64,000 nucleotides of DNA from Hyphomicrobiales bacterium (GCA_019748135.1 JAIEPZ010000023.1:14742-78741), one strand, 5' to 3'; positions 51,107 through 61,278 are shown, numbered from the stretch's first letter. Program-made: numbers and translations. The notes: a model not told the origin generated them from the letters alone.

Positions 51107-51300
51107 TTAACAATTTTTTATTATTATTTTATGTATTTGTTGTTATAGAAATTACAAATATAATTATATATCATTTTTTTTGATTTTTATTTAAATAAAA
51201 AAAATATAAAAACTTTTTTATTTTGTACAATCAACAGAAACATCTTAGTGCTTACGTTATGACGTACTAGATTTTTTTGTAAACTACATTTGTCATTAAA
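51101..51300. other. Extremely AT-rich intergenic tract
   Basis: 16 G+C in the 140 nt of 51101-51240 by hand count. Confidence 0.95.
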
Positions 51301-51308
51301 GGAGTCCC

Positions 51309-53198
51309 ATGTCAATTCCATCAGTATTCCAACTTCATCCGCAGTCCAAATCAGCTCTCGCCGTCGCGGCATTGCTGCTGAGTGTCGCGCTGCCGACGCC
51401 TGCCAGCGCTCAGGCAAGGCCAGCCACTGCGCAGCAGACGTCTCGCATTTGCGCAGCCCTTCAATCGAGCCTGCCGACGTCCTTTTACGAGTCGTTATGC
51501 GGCGCAAATCCTACCTTGTCGATCGGTCTGCTGCCCAAGTCAGGTTCCGCCTCGTCCACATCCGCGCGTACACCCAGTGAACAGACCGCGGCCGTCCCGG
51601 CTGGTCCAACCTACCCGCTTGAATGTCTGTCAGCTGCAAATGCCCATCGTGTCGACGCATTCGGTGCCTTTGTCGCCGAGGATACGCGGCCTGCGGTGAT
51701 CGCCGCCAACGCAGCGACCGTAAACACCGCCATCGAAACGCTGGGGTCCAAGGGTGGTGGTACCATCTGCCTGCCGGAAGGGCGCTATACGCTCGGATTC
51801 AAAACAGGCTTCCCCTCAAACGCCAATCTGACGGCTGCGATCGTCATCGCCCGGGATAACATCACGCTGTGGGGCGCAGGCCCCGGGCGCACGGTACTGC
51901 TCACGCCACCGACCTACCAGGTGGTCAACGGGAAAGTTCTGCGCGGGCGCGGTATCCATATCCAGGGGACAAGGACTGCTACGGCTCCACGGCTCAATAT
52001 CACGCTGAAACGTTTCGAGCTTGACGGTCAGGCGGGATGGACGGGCAAGTATTACTGGCCAGCCGATGTTGGAACCGGCGATGGTTGGGATATCACCCAC
52101 AAGGGTATTGTTCCCTCGCAGGACACTCAGGTCGACAACGTCGTTCTCGAAGACATCCATGTGCATCGTTACCGTGGCGAAATCATCTATGTCGGCGGTC
52201 TCGGCATGAAGCGGCTGCATCTCAATCGCGTCAAATCCGAAGATACCAACGCTTCAACCTACAATGCGACGGCTGATGCAATCGTTGAGAATTCGGAATT
52301 CGGCCTCAGCCGCTTCTGGATTGAAATCGGCACAGCCTTTCAGGGTAAATCGGGCACGTTCCGCAACAACAACTTTCACAGCGCCCGCGGCGCCCAGGGC
52401 ATCGCGCTCGCCCAGGGCGACGGTCTTGAACAGCCCTATACCTTCATTAACAACCGATTTTCGGACTGCGTCGGTGTCTTCGGCTTCTATGGCGGTGTCG
52501 GCGGCCCGATCAAGATCACCGATAATACCGCCAGCAACTGCCCGACGGGTGGCTTTGTCCGGTTCGGTTCCGCCCCCAACACCGTTGTGGCTGGTCTGAG
52601 GATCAACAAGAACATCTCGGTTGAACGCAACACGATTTCCGGATTCGAATTGTTCATGGGCCTCGGCGGACAGATCGAAAACCTGCTGGTGCAAAACAAC
52701 AGTTTTCGCAGCGCTGATCTTAAAGCTTCAAACAGCGTGATCTACGGGGCGGCGGGCGACTACAAAAACATCAAGATTGCCAATAATGTATTCAGCGAGA
52801 CGCGCCCGCCCTCGCAAAACAGTCTGATTTTTGTCGGCACACGCCCCTTGTTCTCAGGTAACAGCTACAGCATCCTTTCCGGTGCCCGTTACTCAAGTGT
52901 CGTTGCTGCAGGCAAAGTTGTTATGCCGGTTTATGAGCTCTTCCCGATCCATGCTGCCAGTTCGCTCGTGACGGCAGCGCTCAACACCGACCAGTACGCT
53001 GACGGACAGATCATCAAGATCACCGGCGGCGGTCCATCCGCGCGCGTTGTCTTCGCCGCCGGCGGCCAGAATGGCTATGCAGTGCCGGCAACTCGCACCT
53101 TCACCGGCACGCAGACGATGGAGCTTCGCTACAATGCTGCCGCCAAGATATGGAACGAAATATCGTTCTCGGAAACCGGCGTCACGGCGGCTCGCTAG
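51309..53198 (+). CDS. Secreted right-handed beta-helix (pectate-lyase-3/tailspike-like) protein
   Basis: AAGGAG RBS; signal peptide ending PASA|Q; GGGTICLPEGRY and NITLWGAG motifs; repeated N-rich rungs (FRNNNF, FINNRF, ITDNT, VERNTI, VQNNSF, IANNVF). Confidence 0.75.
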   Translation: MSIPSVFQLHPQSKSALAVAALLLSVALPTPASAQARPATAQQTSRICAALQSSLPTSFYESLCGANPTLSIGLLPKSGSASSTSARTPSEQTAAVPAGPTYPLECLSAANAHRVDAFGAFVAEDTRPAVIAANAATVNTAIETLGSKGGGTICLPEGRYTLGFKTGFPSNANLTAAIVIARDNITLWGAGPGRTVLLTPPTYQVVNGKVLRGRGIHIQGTRTATAPRLNITLKRFELDGQAGWTGKYYWPADVGTGDGWDITHKGIVPSQDTQVDNVVLEDIHVHRYRGEIIYVGGLGMKRLHLNRVKSEDTNASTYNATADAIVENSEFGLSRFWIEIGTAFQGKSGTFRNNNFHSARGAQGIALAQGDGLEQPYTFINNRFSDCVGVFGFYGGVGGPIKITDNTASNCPTGGFVRFGSAPNTVVAGLRINKNISVERNTISGFELFMGLGGQIENLLVQNNSFRSADLKASNSVIYGAAGDYKNIKIANNVFSETRPPSQNSLIFVGTRPLFSGNSYSILSGARYSSVVAAGKVVMPVYELFPIHAASSLVTAALNTDQYADGQIIKITGGGPSARVVFAAGGQNGYAVPATRTFTGTQTMELRYNAAAKIWNEISFSETGVTAAR

Positions 53199-53460
53199 AC
53201 CGGCACTTTGGCACAGATTGCGTTTGCACCCATTCGCAATCTGTCCTCGCCTTATCGCCTTCGCACGCCGTTATCGAAACGCCGATTACCGTGTTTTCTC
53301 AGCATATGCTCAACCACGTGACGAGGCGGGCTGCCGACACCGGTAGCCCGTCTTTGTCGTCAAGCCTGACAGCGCTTCAGGCCAGTTCTGGCGAAGGTGG
53401 TGACGAGTGTTCACCGCGCTTTTTTCACGCTCTCGCGGCACTCTTTAGCAAACAAATATC

Positions 53461-53500
53461 TGTTTAATTTTTATGCAATTTGCCTATTATTTAGGCAAAT
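53461..53500. promoter_or_regulatory. Tandem NtrC-like binding sites upstream of glnB
   Basis: TGTTT-N7-ATGCA (53461-53477) and palindromic TGCCT-N7-AGGCA (53481-53497), about 80-120 bp upstream of the sigma54 site. Confidence 0.6.
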
Positions 53501-53577
53501 CCGGCCCAATATGGGGGATATCGAGCTTTTTACCCGCCGATCAACCGATAATTCCTTTCCTTTTTTCGTCTGGCAAC

Positions 53578-53593
53578 TGGCACGTCCCCTGCT
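53578..53593 (+). promoter_or_regulatory. Sigma54 (-24/-12) promoter of glnB-glnA
   Basis: TGGCACGTCCCCTGCT with exact GG-N10-GC spacing. Confidence 0.85.
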
Positions 53594-53600
53594 AGGGTGA

Positions 53601-54020
<420 letters not shown>

Positions 54021-54124
54021 GGATTTAGCGCGGGGAGAAGGATGTTCACCGCCATCCAGGCCGACATCCACCGCGTGCTGATTGCAGAAGGTTCCGCAAC
54101 CGGGGCCATGAAAAGGGGAAAACT

Positions 54125-55534
54125 ATGAAGACTGCAAAAGATGTCCTGAAGCTGATCAAGGACAAGGATGTGAAATATGTCGATTTCCGCTTCACCGATT
54201 ATCGCGGTAAGTGGCAGCATCTGACGTATGACGTGACGATGGTTGACGAGGACATGTTTGCTGAAGGCATCATGTTCGACGGCTCGTCGATTGCCGGGTG
54301 GAAGGCGATCAATGAATCCGACATGATGTTGATGCCTGATCCTTCCAGCACCACGGTTGACCCTTTCTTCGCGCAAACGACGATCTCGGTGGTTTGCGAT
54401 ATTCTCGACCCGATCTCAGGCGAGCATTACAATCGCGACCCGCGCTCGATTGCCAAGAAGGCGGAAGCCTACGTCAAGCAGCTCAAGATCGGCGATACGA
54501 TCATGTTCGGCCCTGAAGCCGAATTTTTCATCTTCGATGATGTGAAATACGCCGCCGACCCCTACAATACCGGCTTTCGCGTCGACAGCATGGAATTGCC
54601 GACCAATACGGATGCCGAATATGAGTCCGGCAATCTTGGTCACCACATCGCCACCAAGGGCGGTTATTTCCCAGTGCCGCCGCTCGACAGCTGCCAGGAT
54701 ATCCGCTCCGAAATGCTCGCTGCCATGGCGCAGATGGGCGTTACGGTTGAAAAGCACCATCACGAAGTGGCTTCCGCCCAGCACGAGCTTGGCATGAAGT
54801 TCAACACGCTGGTGACCATGGCCGACCAGCTGCAGATTTATAAGTACTGCATCCACAACGTCGCCCAGGCCTATGGCAAGACCGCAACCTTCATGCCAAA
54901 GCCCGTTTATGGCGATAACGGTTCGGGCATGCACTGCCACCAGTCGATCTGGAAGGATGGCAAGCCGCTGTTTGCCGGCGACAAATATGCCGGCCTGTCG
55001 GAAGCCTGTCTGTTCTACATCGGCGGCGTCATCAAGCACGCCAAGGCGATCAACGCCTTCACCAACCCGACGACCAATTCCTACAAGCGTCTGGTTCCGG
55101 GCTTCGAGGCCCCCGTGCTGCTCGCCTATTCGGCGCGCAACCGCTCGGCCTCCTGCCGTATTCCGTGGACGAATTCGCCCAAGGCCAAGCGCGTGGAAGT
55201 GCGCTTCCCCGATCCGGCTGCCAACCCCTATCTCGGTTTCGCAGCGCTGCTGATGGCCGGCATCGACGGCATCGTCAACAAGATCCATCCGGGCGAAGCC
55301 ATGGACAAGGATCTCTACGATCTGCCGCCGCGCGAGTTGAAGAAGATCCCGACGGTATGCGGAAGCTTGCGCGAGGCCCTCGTCTCGCTCGACAAGGACC
55401 GCAAATTCCTCACCGCCGGCGGCGTCTTCTCGGACGACATGATCGACAGCTATATCGACCTCAAAATGGGCGAAGTGATCCGCTTCGAGCATACGCCCCA
55501 TCCGGTCGAATACGCGATGTATTATTCCTGCTGA
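54125..55534 (+). CDS. glnA: Glutamine synthetase type I
   Basis: [40 protein letters not shown]. Confidence 0.98.
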   Translation: MKTAKDVLKLIKDKDVKYVDFRFTDYRGKWQHLTYDVTMVDEDMFAEGIMFDGSSIAGWKAINESDMMLMPDPSSTTVDPFFAQTTISVVCDILDPISGEHYNRDPRSIAKKAEAYVKQLKIGDTIMFGPEAEFFIFDDVKYAADPYNTGFRVDSMELPTNTDAEYESGNLGHHIATKGGYFPVPPLDSCQDIRSEMLAAMAQMGVTVEKHHHEVASAQHELGMKFNTLVTMADQLQIYKYCIHNVAQAYGKTATFMPKPVYGDNGSGMHCHQSIWKDGKPLFAGDKYAGLSEACLFYIGGVIKHAKAINAFTNPTTNSYKRLVPGFEAPVLLAYSARNRSASCRIPWTNSPKAKRVEVRFPDPAANPYLGFAALLMAGIDGIVNKIHPGEAMDKDLYDLPPRELKKIPTVCGSLREALVSLDKDRKFLTAGGVFSDDMIDSYIDLKMGEVIRFEHTPHPVEYAMYYSC

Positions 55535-55554
55535 GCGGGTTTATCAGGTAACGG

Positions 55555-55583
55555 AAAGGGCGGCTTCGGCCGCCCTTTTTGTT
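55555..55583 (+). terminator. Rho-independent terminator of glnA
   Basis: AAAGGGCGGC-TTCG-GCCGCCCTTT followed by TTGTT. Confidence 0.9.
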
Positions 55584-55763
55584 GAATTGACAAGGTAATG
55601 CCAAACTCACTGACGATAAACCTGCCATCACGGGCTGCCCGGATGGCCGCTGTGACCCCTGCCCCGGCAACGTCCTGTGAAGACCGGCGCACAGATGACC
55701 ATAACATGCGATTATCATCGCAGTGATTCGGGGCCACGCCCCGGCCCTCCAGGAGACCTGCCC

Positions 55764-57794
55764 ATGGCACGCGACAATTCGGCAAAGGTGCCGGATCTCT
55801 TTGCCAGCATTGAGCGAACGGCGCCCGCCGCGAAGCCGGCTCGTGTGGTCGCGCCGGCGAGTGATGGCACCTATAACGCTTCCGCAATCGAGGTCCTTGA
55901 AGGTCTGGAGCCGGTGCGGCGGCGCCCCGGCATGTATATCGGCGGCACCGATGAAAAGGCACTCCATCATCTCTTTGCCGAGGTCATCGACAACGCCATG
56001 GACGAGGCGATTGCCGGTCATGCGAGTTTCATTGAAGTGGAGATGAGCGCTGACGGCGTGCTGGCGGTGAGCGATAACGGGCGCGGTATTCCGGTTGATC
56101 CGCATCCGCGCTTTCCGCAAAAATCGGCGCTGGAAGTGATCATGTGCACACTGCACGCCGGCGGCAAATTCGGCTCGGGTGCCTATGAGACATCAGGCGG
56201 CCTTCACGGCGTTGGCGTATCGGTCGTCAATGCGCTTTCTGAAATGCTGGAAGTCGAAGTGGCACGCGGGCAGATGCTCTACCGCCAGACGTTTTCGCGC
56301 GGGCTGCCGACGAGCGAGCTTCAGACGCTCGGCAAAGTCGCCAACCGGCGCGGCACCAAAGTACGCTTTATCCCGGACGCGGAGATATTCACCAAGGGTG
56401 CGCGCTTTGATCCGGCCCGCGTCTTTCGCATGGCGCGCGCCAAGGCCTATCTCTTTGCCGGCGTCGAAATCCGCTGGCGCTGCGATGCGGCGCTCGCCGA
56501 AAAAGACAAGGTGCCGACCGAGGACACTTTCAAGTTTCCCGGCGGGCTTGGCGACTACCTGCAAAGCCGGCTTGATACCAGCCTGCAGGTGGTGCCGGCG
56601 CTCTTTGCCGGGCGCAGCGAGAAGCGCAGCGGCCATGGCGCGGTCGAGTGGGCGGCGGCCTTCGTCGTCGACGAGGCGCAATGCTCGTCTTACTGCAACA
56701 CCATCCCGACGCCTGAGGGTGGCACCCATGAGGCGGGCCTGAGGCTGGCGCTGCTCAAGGGCTTCAAGGCCTATGGCGAACTGGCGGGCAACAAGAAGAT
56801 CGCCCAGGTGACGTCGGATGATTTGGGTGTTGCCCTGCAGGCAATGGTCTCGGTCTTTGTGCGCGAACCGGAATTCGTCGGCCAGACCAAGGACCGGCTG
56901 GCAACGATCGAGGCCGGACGGATTGTCGAGAATGCGGTGCGCGATGCCTTCGACCATTGGCTGGCGGATGACCCGGCACGCGCCAACCGCGTCGTCGATT
57001 TTCTCATCGACAGGGCCGAGGATCGCCTGCGCCGGCGAGCAGAAAAGGAAACGTTGCGCAAGACGGCCACCAAGAAATTGCGCCTGCCGGGGAAGCTAGC
57101 CGATTGCGCCCAGGCGGGTCTAGCCGGATCAGAGCTATTCATCGTCGAAGGTGATTCCGCTGGCGGTTCAGCCAAGCAGGCGCGCAATCGCGCCACGCAG
57201 GCCGTGCTGCCGCTGCGCGGCAAAATCCTCAACGTCGCTGCGGCCGGCAAGGACAAGGTCCGCGACAATCAGCAGCTCTCCGACCTGTTGATGGCGCTGG
57301 GGGTGGGCACCGGCCATGCCTACCGCGAGGAGGATCTGCGCTACGAGAAAATCATCATCATGACGGATGCCGACGTGGACGGCGCCCACATCGCCTCACT
57401 GCTCATCACCTTCTTCTGGCGCCAGATGCCGAAGATCATCGAGGGGGGACGGGTTTTTCTTGCCGTCCCTCCCCTCTATCGCCTCAGCCAGGGCGGCAAA
57501 TCGGCCTATGCGCGGGACGATGCGCACAAGGATGATTTGCTGCGCACCATGTTTTCCGGCCGCGGGCAGGTCGATATCTCCCGCTTCAAGGGCCTTGGCG
57601 AAATGATGCCGGCGCAGTTGAAGGAGACCACCATGGATCCGGGCAAGCGGATGCTGCTCAAGGTGATGGTGGCGCGCGAGGATGTCGAATTGGCCGAGGC
57701 GGCTGTCGAGCGGCTGATGGGCAACAAGGCCGAATCCCGCTTCACCTTCATCAGTGAACGGGCGCCCTACGCGAGCGGGCTGATTGATATCTAG
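55764..57794 (+). CDS. parE: DNA topoisomerase IV subunit B
   Basis: EGLEPVRRRPGMYIG, DNGRGIP, EGDSAGGSAKQAR, MTDADVDG; lacks the GyrB insertion. Confidence 0.95.
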   Translation: MARDNSAKVPDLFASIERTAPAAKPARVVAPASDGTYNASAIEVLEGLEPVRRRPGMYIGGTDEKALHHLFAEVIDNAMDEAIAGHASFIEVEMSADGVLAVSDNGRGIPVDPHPRFPQKSALEVIMCTLHAGGKFGSGAYETSGGLHGVGVSVVNALSEMLEVEVARGQMLYRQTFSRGLPTSELQTLGKVANRRGTKVRFIPDAEIFTKGARFDPARVFRMARAKAYLFAGVEIRWRCDAALAEKDKVPTEDTFKFPGGLGDYLQSRLDTSLQVVPALFAGRSEKRSGHGAVEWAAAFVVDEAQCSSYCNTIPTPEGGTHEAGLRLALLKGFKAYGELAGNKKIAQVTSDDLGVALQAMVSVFVREPEFVGQTKDRLATIEAGRIVENAVRDAFDHWLADDPARANRVVDFLIDRAEDRLRRRAEKETLRKTATKKLRLPGKLADCAQAGLAGSELFIVEGDSAGGSAKQARNRATQAVLPLRGKILNVAAAGKDKVRDNQQLSDLLMALGVGTGHAYREEDLRYEKIIIMTDADVDGAHIASLLITFFWRQMPKIIEGGRVFLAVPPLYRLSQGGKSAYARDDAHKDDLLRTMFSGRGQVDISRFKGLGEMMPAQLKETTMDPGKRMLLKVMVAREDVELAEAAVERLMGNKAESRFTFISERAPYASGLIDI

Positions 57795-58059
57795 GGTCAG
57801 GACCGATTAATTTAGGCAAAACGGCATGGCACGAATGGATAAAATGGCAGGAGAAGCCTGAAAAGCATACCCCTTGGTATGGTTGAGGGCTTCGACGAAC
57901 CAGGTTGCCATTCGTGCCTTGTCCTTCGGATGGGGTGAAATGACGCGATCTTTATGTCGCAAGCCTTTGAAAGTCAGACGACTTCCTGCAGGCCTGCTCC
58001 TCAACCTCGCGCCATTTCTCTCCCACCGTTTCGTCCAAATTAATGGGTCCTGACCCTAG
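57791..58059. mobile_element. Non-autonomous miniature inverted-repeat element (MITE)
   Basis: 34-bp terminal inverted repeats (30/34 identical) bounded by CTAG at both ends; nested internal stems; no transposase. Confidence 0.8.
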
Positions 58060-58068
58060 ACCATCAGC

Positions 58069-58093
58069 CCGTCAAGCCGATATGGTTTGACGG
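58069..58093. terminator. Hairpin just beyond the MITE, possibly the original parE terminator
   Basis: CCGTCAAGCC-GATAT-GGTTTGACGG; no U-tract. Confidence 0.35.
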
Positions 58094-58385
58094 ATAAAGA
58101 TGAAGCTAAAACAATAACTTGCGGCAGATTACCTGATGTAATCATGTCGAATTGCGATCCAATAAGCTTCATGGAAGCGACGATAGCCGGAGGTTCAGCT
58201 GTCCGCACGACCACGTGCAGCGCCGGCAACCCGGAAATGATATACAATATTGACAATCGCGGCGCATGCGCGCCCGCCTGTTGGCTTAATGAACTCCCGG
58301 GTTATTCCCCCGGGAACCATGTTTTTGAACCAGGATGCAATCCTTTGGTTGTATCATCAGGTTACAAGAACAGAAGGGGGCATGA

Positions 58386-58739
58386 ATGGCCCGTATCCTC
58401 GTGCTGGTTATCGCCCTGGCTGCGACATTGGCGATTACGGTTGATTTTTCGTGGCTTCACAGGGGCGCTGCCCCCAATGCAGATGAAATCCGGCTGGCTT
58501 TCGACCGTGGGCTGGCTGCGGCCCCTGACGGGCAGATCCAGACTGTCATCACCCAGCTCGATCCGTCGCGTTGCGTGGCGCGCAGTTCGCCGATTTACTC
58601 AGGCGGTGTCTATCGCTGCCGCGTGCGGCTGGAAACGTCGCTCTCCACTGGCGAGCGGCATGGCGCCGATGCCTCGCTCACCATCGCGCCCTTTGAGCGG
58701 GAATGGACGGTAATTTCGCTCAGTACGCTTAAGGAATGA
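58386..58739 (+). CDS. Hypothetical exported or membrane-anchored protein (117 aa)
   Basis: AAGGGGG RBS, hydrophobic N-terminus, one Cys pair. Confidence 0.65.
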   Translation: MARILVLVIALAATLAITVDFSWLHRGAAPNADEIRLAFDRGLAAAPDGQIQTVITQLDPSRCVARSSPIYSGGVYRCRVRLETSLSTGERHGADASLTIAPFEREWTVISLSTLKE

Positions 58740-58756
58740 GCGCGCCAGAAGGTGCT

Positions 58757-59482
58757 TCAAACCCACCAATCAGCCAAAAGCCGCGTCAGCGTTTGTGGCT
58801 TCTCGAGCGTGGAGAGATGACCGCAATCAGGGATGATTTCAAGCCGCGCGCCGGTAATTCCATGAGCGATCTCCTCGGCTTGCGCCAATGGTGTGGCGCT
58901 ATCCTCGGCACCGACAACAACCAGCGTTGGAACAGCGATTGCTGGCAGGATCGACAACGCTGACTGCCGTGCAGCAATTGCCATCAACTGGCGGACGAAC
59001 GCATCGGCTCCGGTCTCGGCCATCATGTCAAAGTAAATCTGCTGCAGATGGCGGTCTTCATGGCGTGCGGGATGGACGTAGCCCGGATAAAGCGCGGCTG
59101 CCGCGCTCATCAGCTCTCCTTGTCCGACACGCGCGGCAAGCTCGCGGCGGGTTTCCTTGCGCTCTTTGCTGTCTGCAACCGCGTTGGTATCGAGGAGCGC
59201 CAGGCGGGTCACCCGCTCGGGCGCCAGGCGCATGATCTCGAAAGCGATATATCCGCCCATCGACAGGCCGGCGAGCGCGAAGCGCGGTGGTGCGTGATCG
59301 AGAAAGCGCCGGGCGATGTCACCCATGCTGCTGTCAGCACGATGATCAACGACCATCACCTCGCCATGGGATTTCAGTGCCGGAAGTTGCGGGCCAAAAA
59401 GTCCTGCGGTGCAGCCGAGGCCCGGTACAAGAACCAGCGGTGAATCGGCCACAATCAATATCCTTTTTGCGTTTTTTATCAC
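58757..59482 (-). CDS. Alpha/beta-fold hydrolase
   Basis: LVPGL, GLSMGG nucleophile, G.ED..TP, GHLS.LE; true start may be GTG 59452. Confidence 0.9.
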   Translation of the reverse strand: MIKNAKRILIVADSPLVLVPGLGCTAGLFGPQLPALKSHGEVMVVDHRADSSMGDIARRFLDHAPPRFALAGLSMGGYIAFEIMRLAPERVTRLALLDTNAVADSKERKETRRELAARVGQGELMSAAAALYPGYVHPARHEDRHLQQIYFDMMAETGADAFVRQLMAIAARQSALSILPAIAVPTLVVVGAEDSATPLAQAEEIAHGITGARLEIIPDCGHLSTLEKPQTLTRLLADWWV

Positions 59483-59501
59483 AGGGCGGTGCGCAGAAAG
59501 A

Positions 59502-59529
59502 TTGACTTTGCACGCCCTGTCTCTATGTT
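59502..59529 (+). promoter_or_regulatory. Candidate sigma70 promoter of the DEAD-box helicase
   Basis: TTGACT-N16-TATGTT. Confidence 0.45.
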
Positions 59530-59620
59530 ACTAGCGTGCGCTTGGACTAATTCAAGCGCTCATTTCGTTGCGAAAGCCTGACGTTGCTTCGCTAACACTC
59601 TGTCCAAGAAAAGTAGCTTC

Positions 59621-61126
59621 ATGTCATTTTCCGACCTCGGCTTGTCCGAAAAGGTCCTGACCGCAGTAAGTGCTGCCGGTTATAGCGAACCAACCCCCAT
59701 CCAGTCCGAGGCCATTCCTCACATTCTACAGCGGCGCGACCTGATCGGCATCGCCCAGACAGGTACCGGCAAGACGGCAGCCTTCACCTTGCCGATGCTG
59801 ACCCTGCTGGAAAGCGGGCGGGCCCGGGCGCGCATGCCGCGAACACTCATCCTTGAGCCAACGCGCGAACTGGCAGCGCAGGTTGAGGAAAACTTCTCCC
59901 GCTACGGCACCAACCACAAGCTCAATCTGGCGCTCATCATCGGCGGCGTGTCGTTTGGTGATCAGGATACCAAGATCAATCGCGGCGTCGACGTCCTGAT
60001 CGCCACACCCGGACGCCTGCTTGATCATATCGAGCGCGGCAAGCTGCTGCTGACAGGCATCGAGATCCTGGTGATCGACGAGGCTGATCGCATGCTCGAC
60101 ATGGGGTTCATTCCCGACATCGAGCGCATCTGCAAGCTGGTGCCGTTCACCCGGCAGACGCTGTTCTTCTCAGCCACCATGCCGCCCGAAATCAAGCGGC
60201 TTACCGAAAATTTCCTGTCAAATCCGGTGCGTGTCGAAGTCGCGCGCCCGGCATCAGCTGCCGCCACCATCACGCAAAGGCTGATTGCCACAGGTGGCGA
60301 GGCGCATGAAAAGCGCGAAGCGCTGCGCCAGCAGATCGCGCAGGCAAGCGGGCTGAAGAACGCTATCGTCTTTTGCAATCGCAAGCGCGATGTTGCCGTT
60401 GTCTTCCGCTCCCTGATCAAGCACGGCCTCAATGTCGGCTCACTCCATGGCGACATGGACCAGTCGTCCCGCACACAGACGCTCGACAAATTCCGCTCAG
60501 GTGAGATTACTCTGCTCGTTGCCTCCGACGTGGCGGCCCGCGGCCTCGATATTCCAGATGTCAGCCATGTTTTCAATTATGACGTGCCGCATCATGCCGA
60601 GGACTATGTGCACCGCATCGGGCGAACAGGACGGGCAGGACGAGCCGGCCATGCGGCCATGCTCGTGACATCAGCTGACAGCAAGACACTCGCCACCATA
60701 GAGCAGCTCATCGGTACCAAGATCGAGTGGGAAGGCAGCTCAACTCCACCCGCCAGCGACAACGAGCCGGCAACGCGCAGCCGGCAACGTCGCGGCTACA
60801 GTGAGGATCGTCCTGGCGAGCCATCGCAAGGTCGTGGCGAGCGCAGTGGCAGGTCAGCCAGCCGGCGTGGCAAAGGGCGCGATAGCACCGGCGATCGCGC
60901 GATCGGGCCGAAAGATGCCGCATCCGAGCGCCCGGCAGATTCTGGCGTGGCGCCGCGTCGCGAGCGGCACGACGAGCGCCCCGCTCGCCAATCCGCGCCG
61001 GCAGTGACGAAGGAACGGCCGGCGCAACGACCAAGGCGCTCGGACACCAATGAGGTTCACAAAGAACCGCGCGGCCTTGGCGATCATGTTCCAGCATTTT
61101 TGCTGAGGGCTGTACGGCCACGCTAG
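59621..61126 (+). CDS. DEAD-box RNA helicase
   Basis: Q motif, AQTGTGKT, PTRELA, DEAD, SAT, HRIGRTGRAG; charged C-terminal tail. Confidence 0.96.
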   Translation: MSFSDLGLSEKVLTAVSAAGYSEPTPIQSEAIPHILQRRDLIGIAQTGTGKTAAFTLPMLTLLESGRARARMPRTLILEPTRELAAQVEENFSRYGTNHKLNLALIIGGVSFGDQDTKINRGVDVLIATPGRLLDHIERGKLLLTGIEILVIDEADRMLDMGFIPDIERICKLVPFTRQTLFFSATMPPEIKRLTENFLSNPVRVEVARPASAAATITQRLIATGGEAHEKREALRQQIAQASGLKNAIVFCNRKRDVAVVFRSLIKHGLNVGSLHGDMDQSSRTQTLDKFRSGEITLLVASDVAARGLDIPDVSHVFNYDVPHHAEDYVHRIGRTGRAGRAGHAAMLVTSADSKTLATIEQLIGTKIEWEGSSTPPASDNEPATRSRQRRGYSEDRPGEPSQGRGERSGRSASRRGKGRDSTGDRAIGPKDAASERPADSGVAPRRERHDERPARQSAPAVTKERPAQRPRRSDTNEVHKEPRGLGDHVPAFLLRAVRPR

Positions 61127-61278
61127 CGGGGTCACGCTGTATTTTGCGATCAGATTACGCAAAATTGCGTGGCCAGAGGCCGTACTGCTGGAAACATTAA
61201 GAAAAAATTAGGCTTGCGAAATCTAAAGTCATCAACCTGCACGCTCGGTGTCGCGTTGATAAGCTTTGGAGCCATGTT

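Noticed and set aside
51101-51300. Replication origin interpretation of the AT-rich tract
   Set aside because: No DnaA boxes (TTATCCACA) or iterons seen, and no dnaA, hemE, parAB or rep genes nearby.
57807-58004. 65-aa ORF inside the MITE as a transposase remnant
   Set aside because: No DDE or HTH features and no RBS; the region is better explained by nucleotide-level pairing.
58087-58713. 208-aa ORF overlapping the 117-aa gene
   Set aside because: TTG start without an RBS and atypical composition; the overlapping frame 58386-58739 has an RBS and a signal-like N-terminus.
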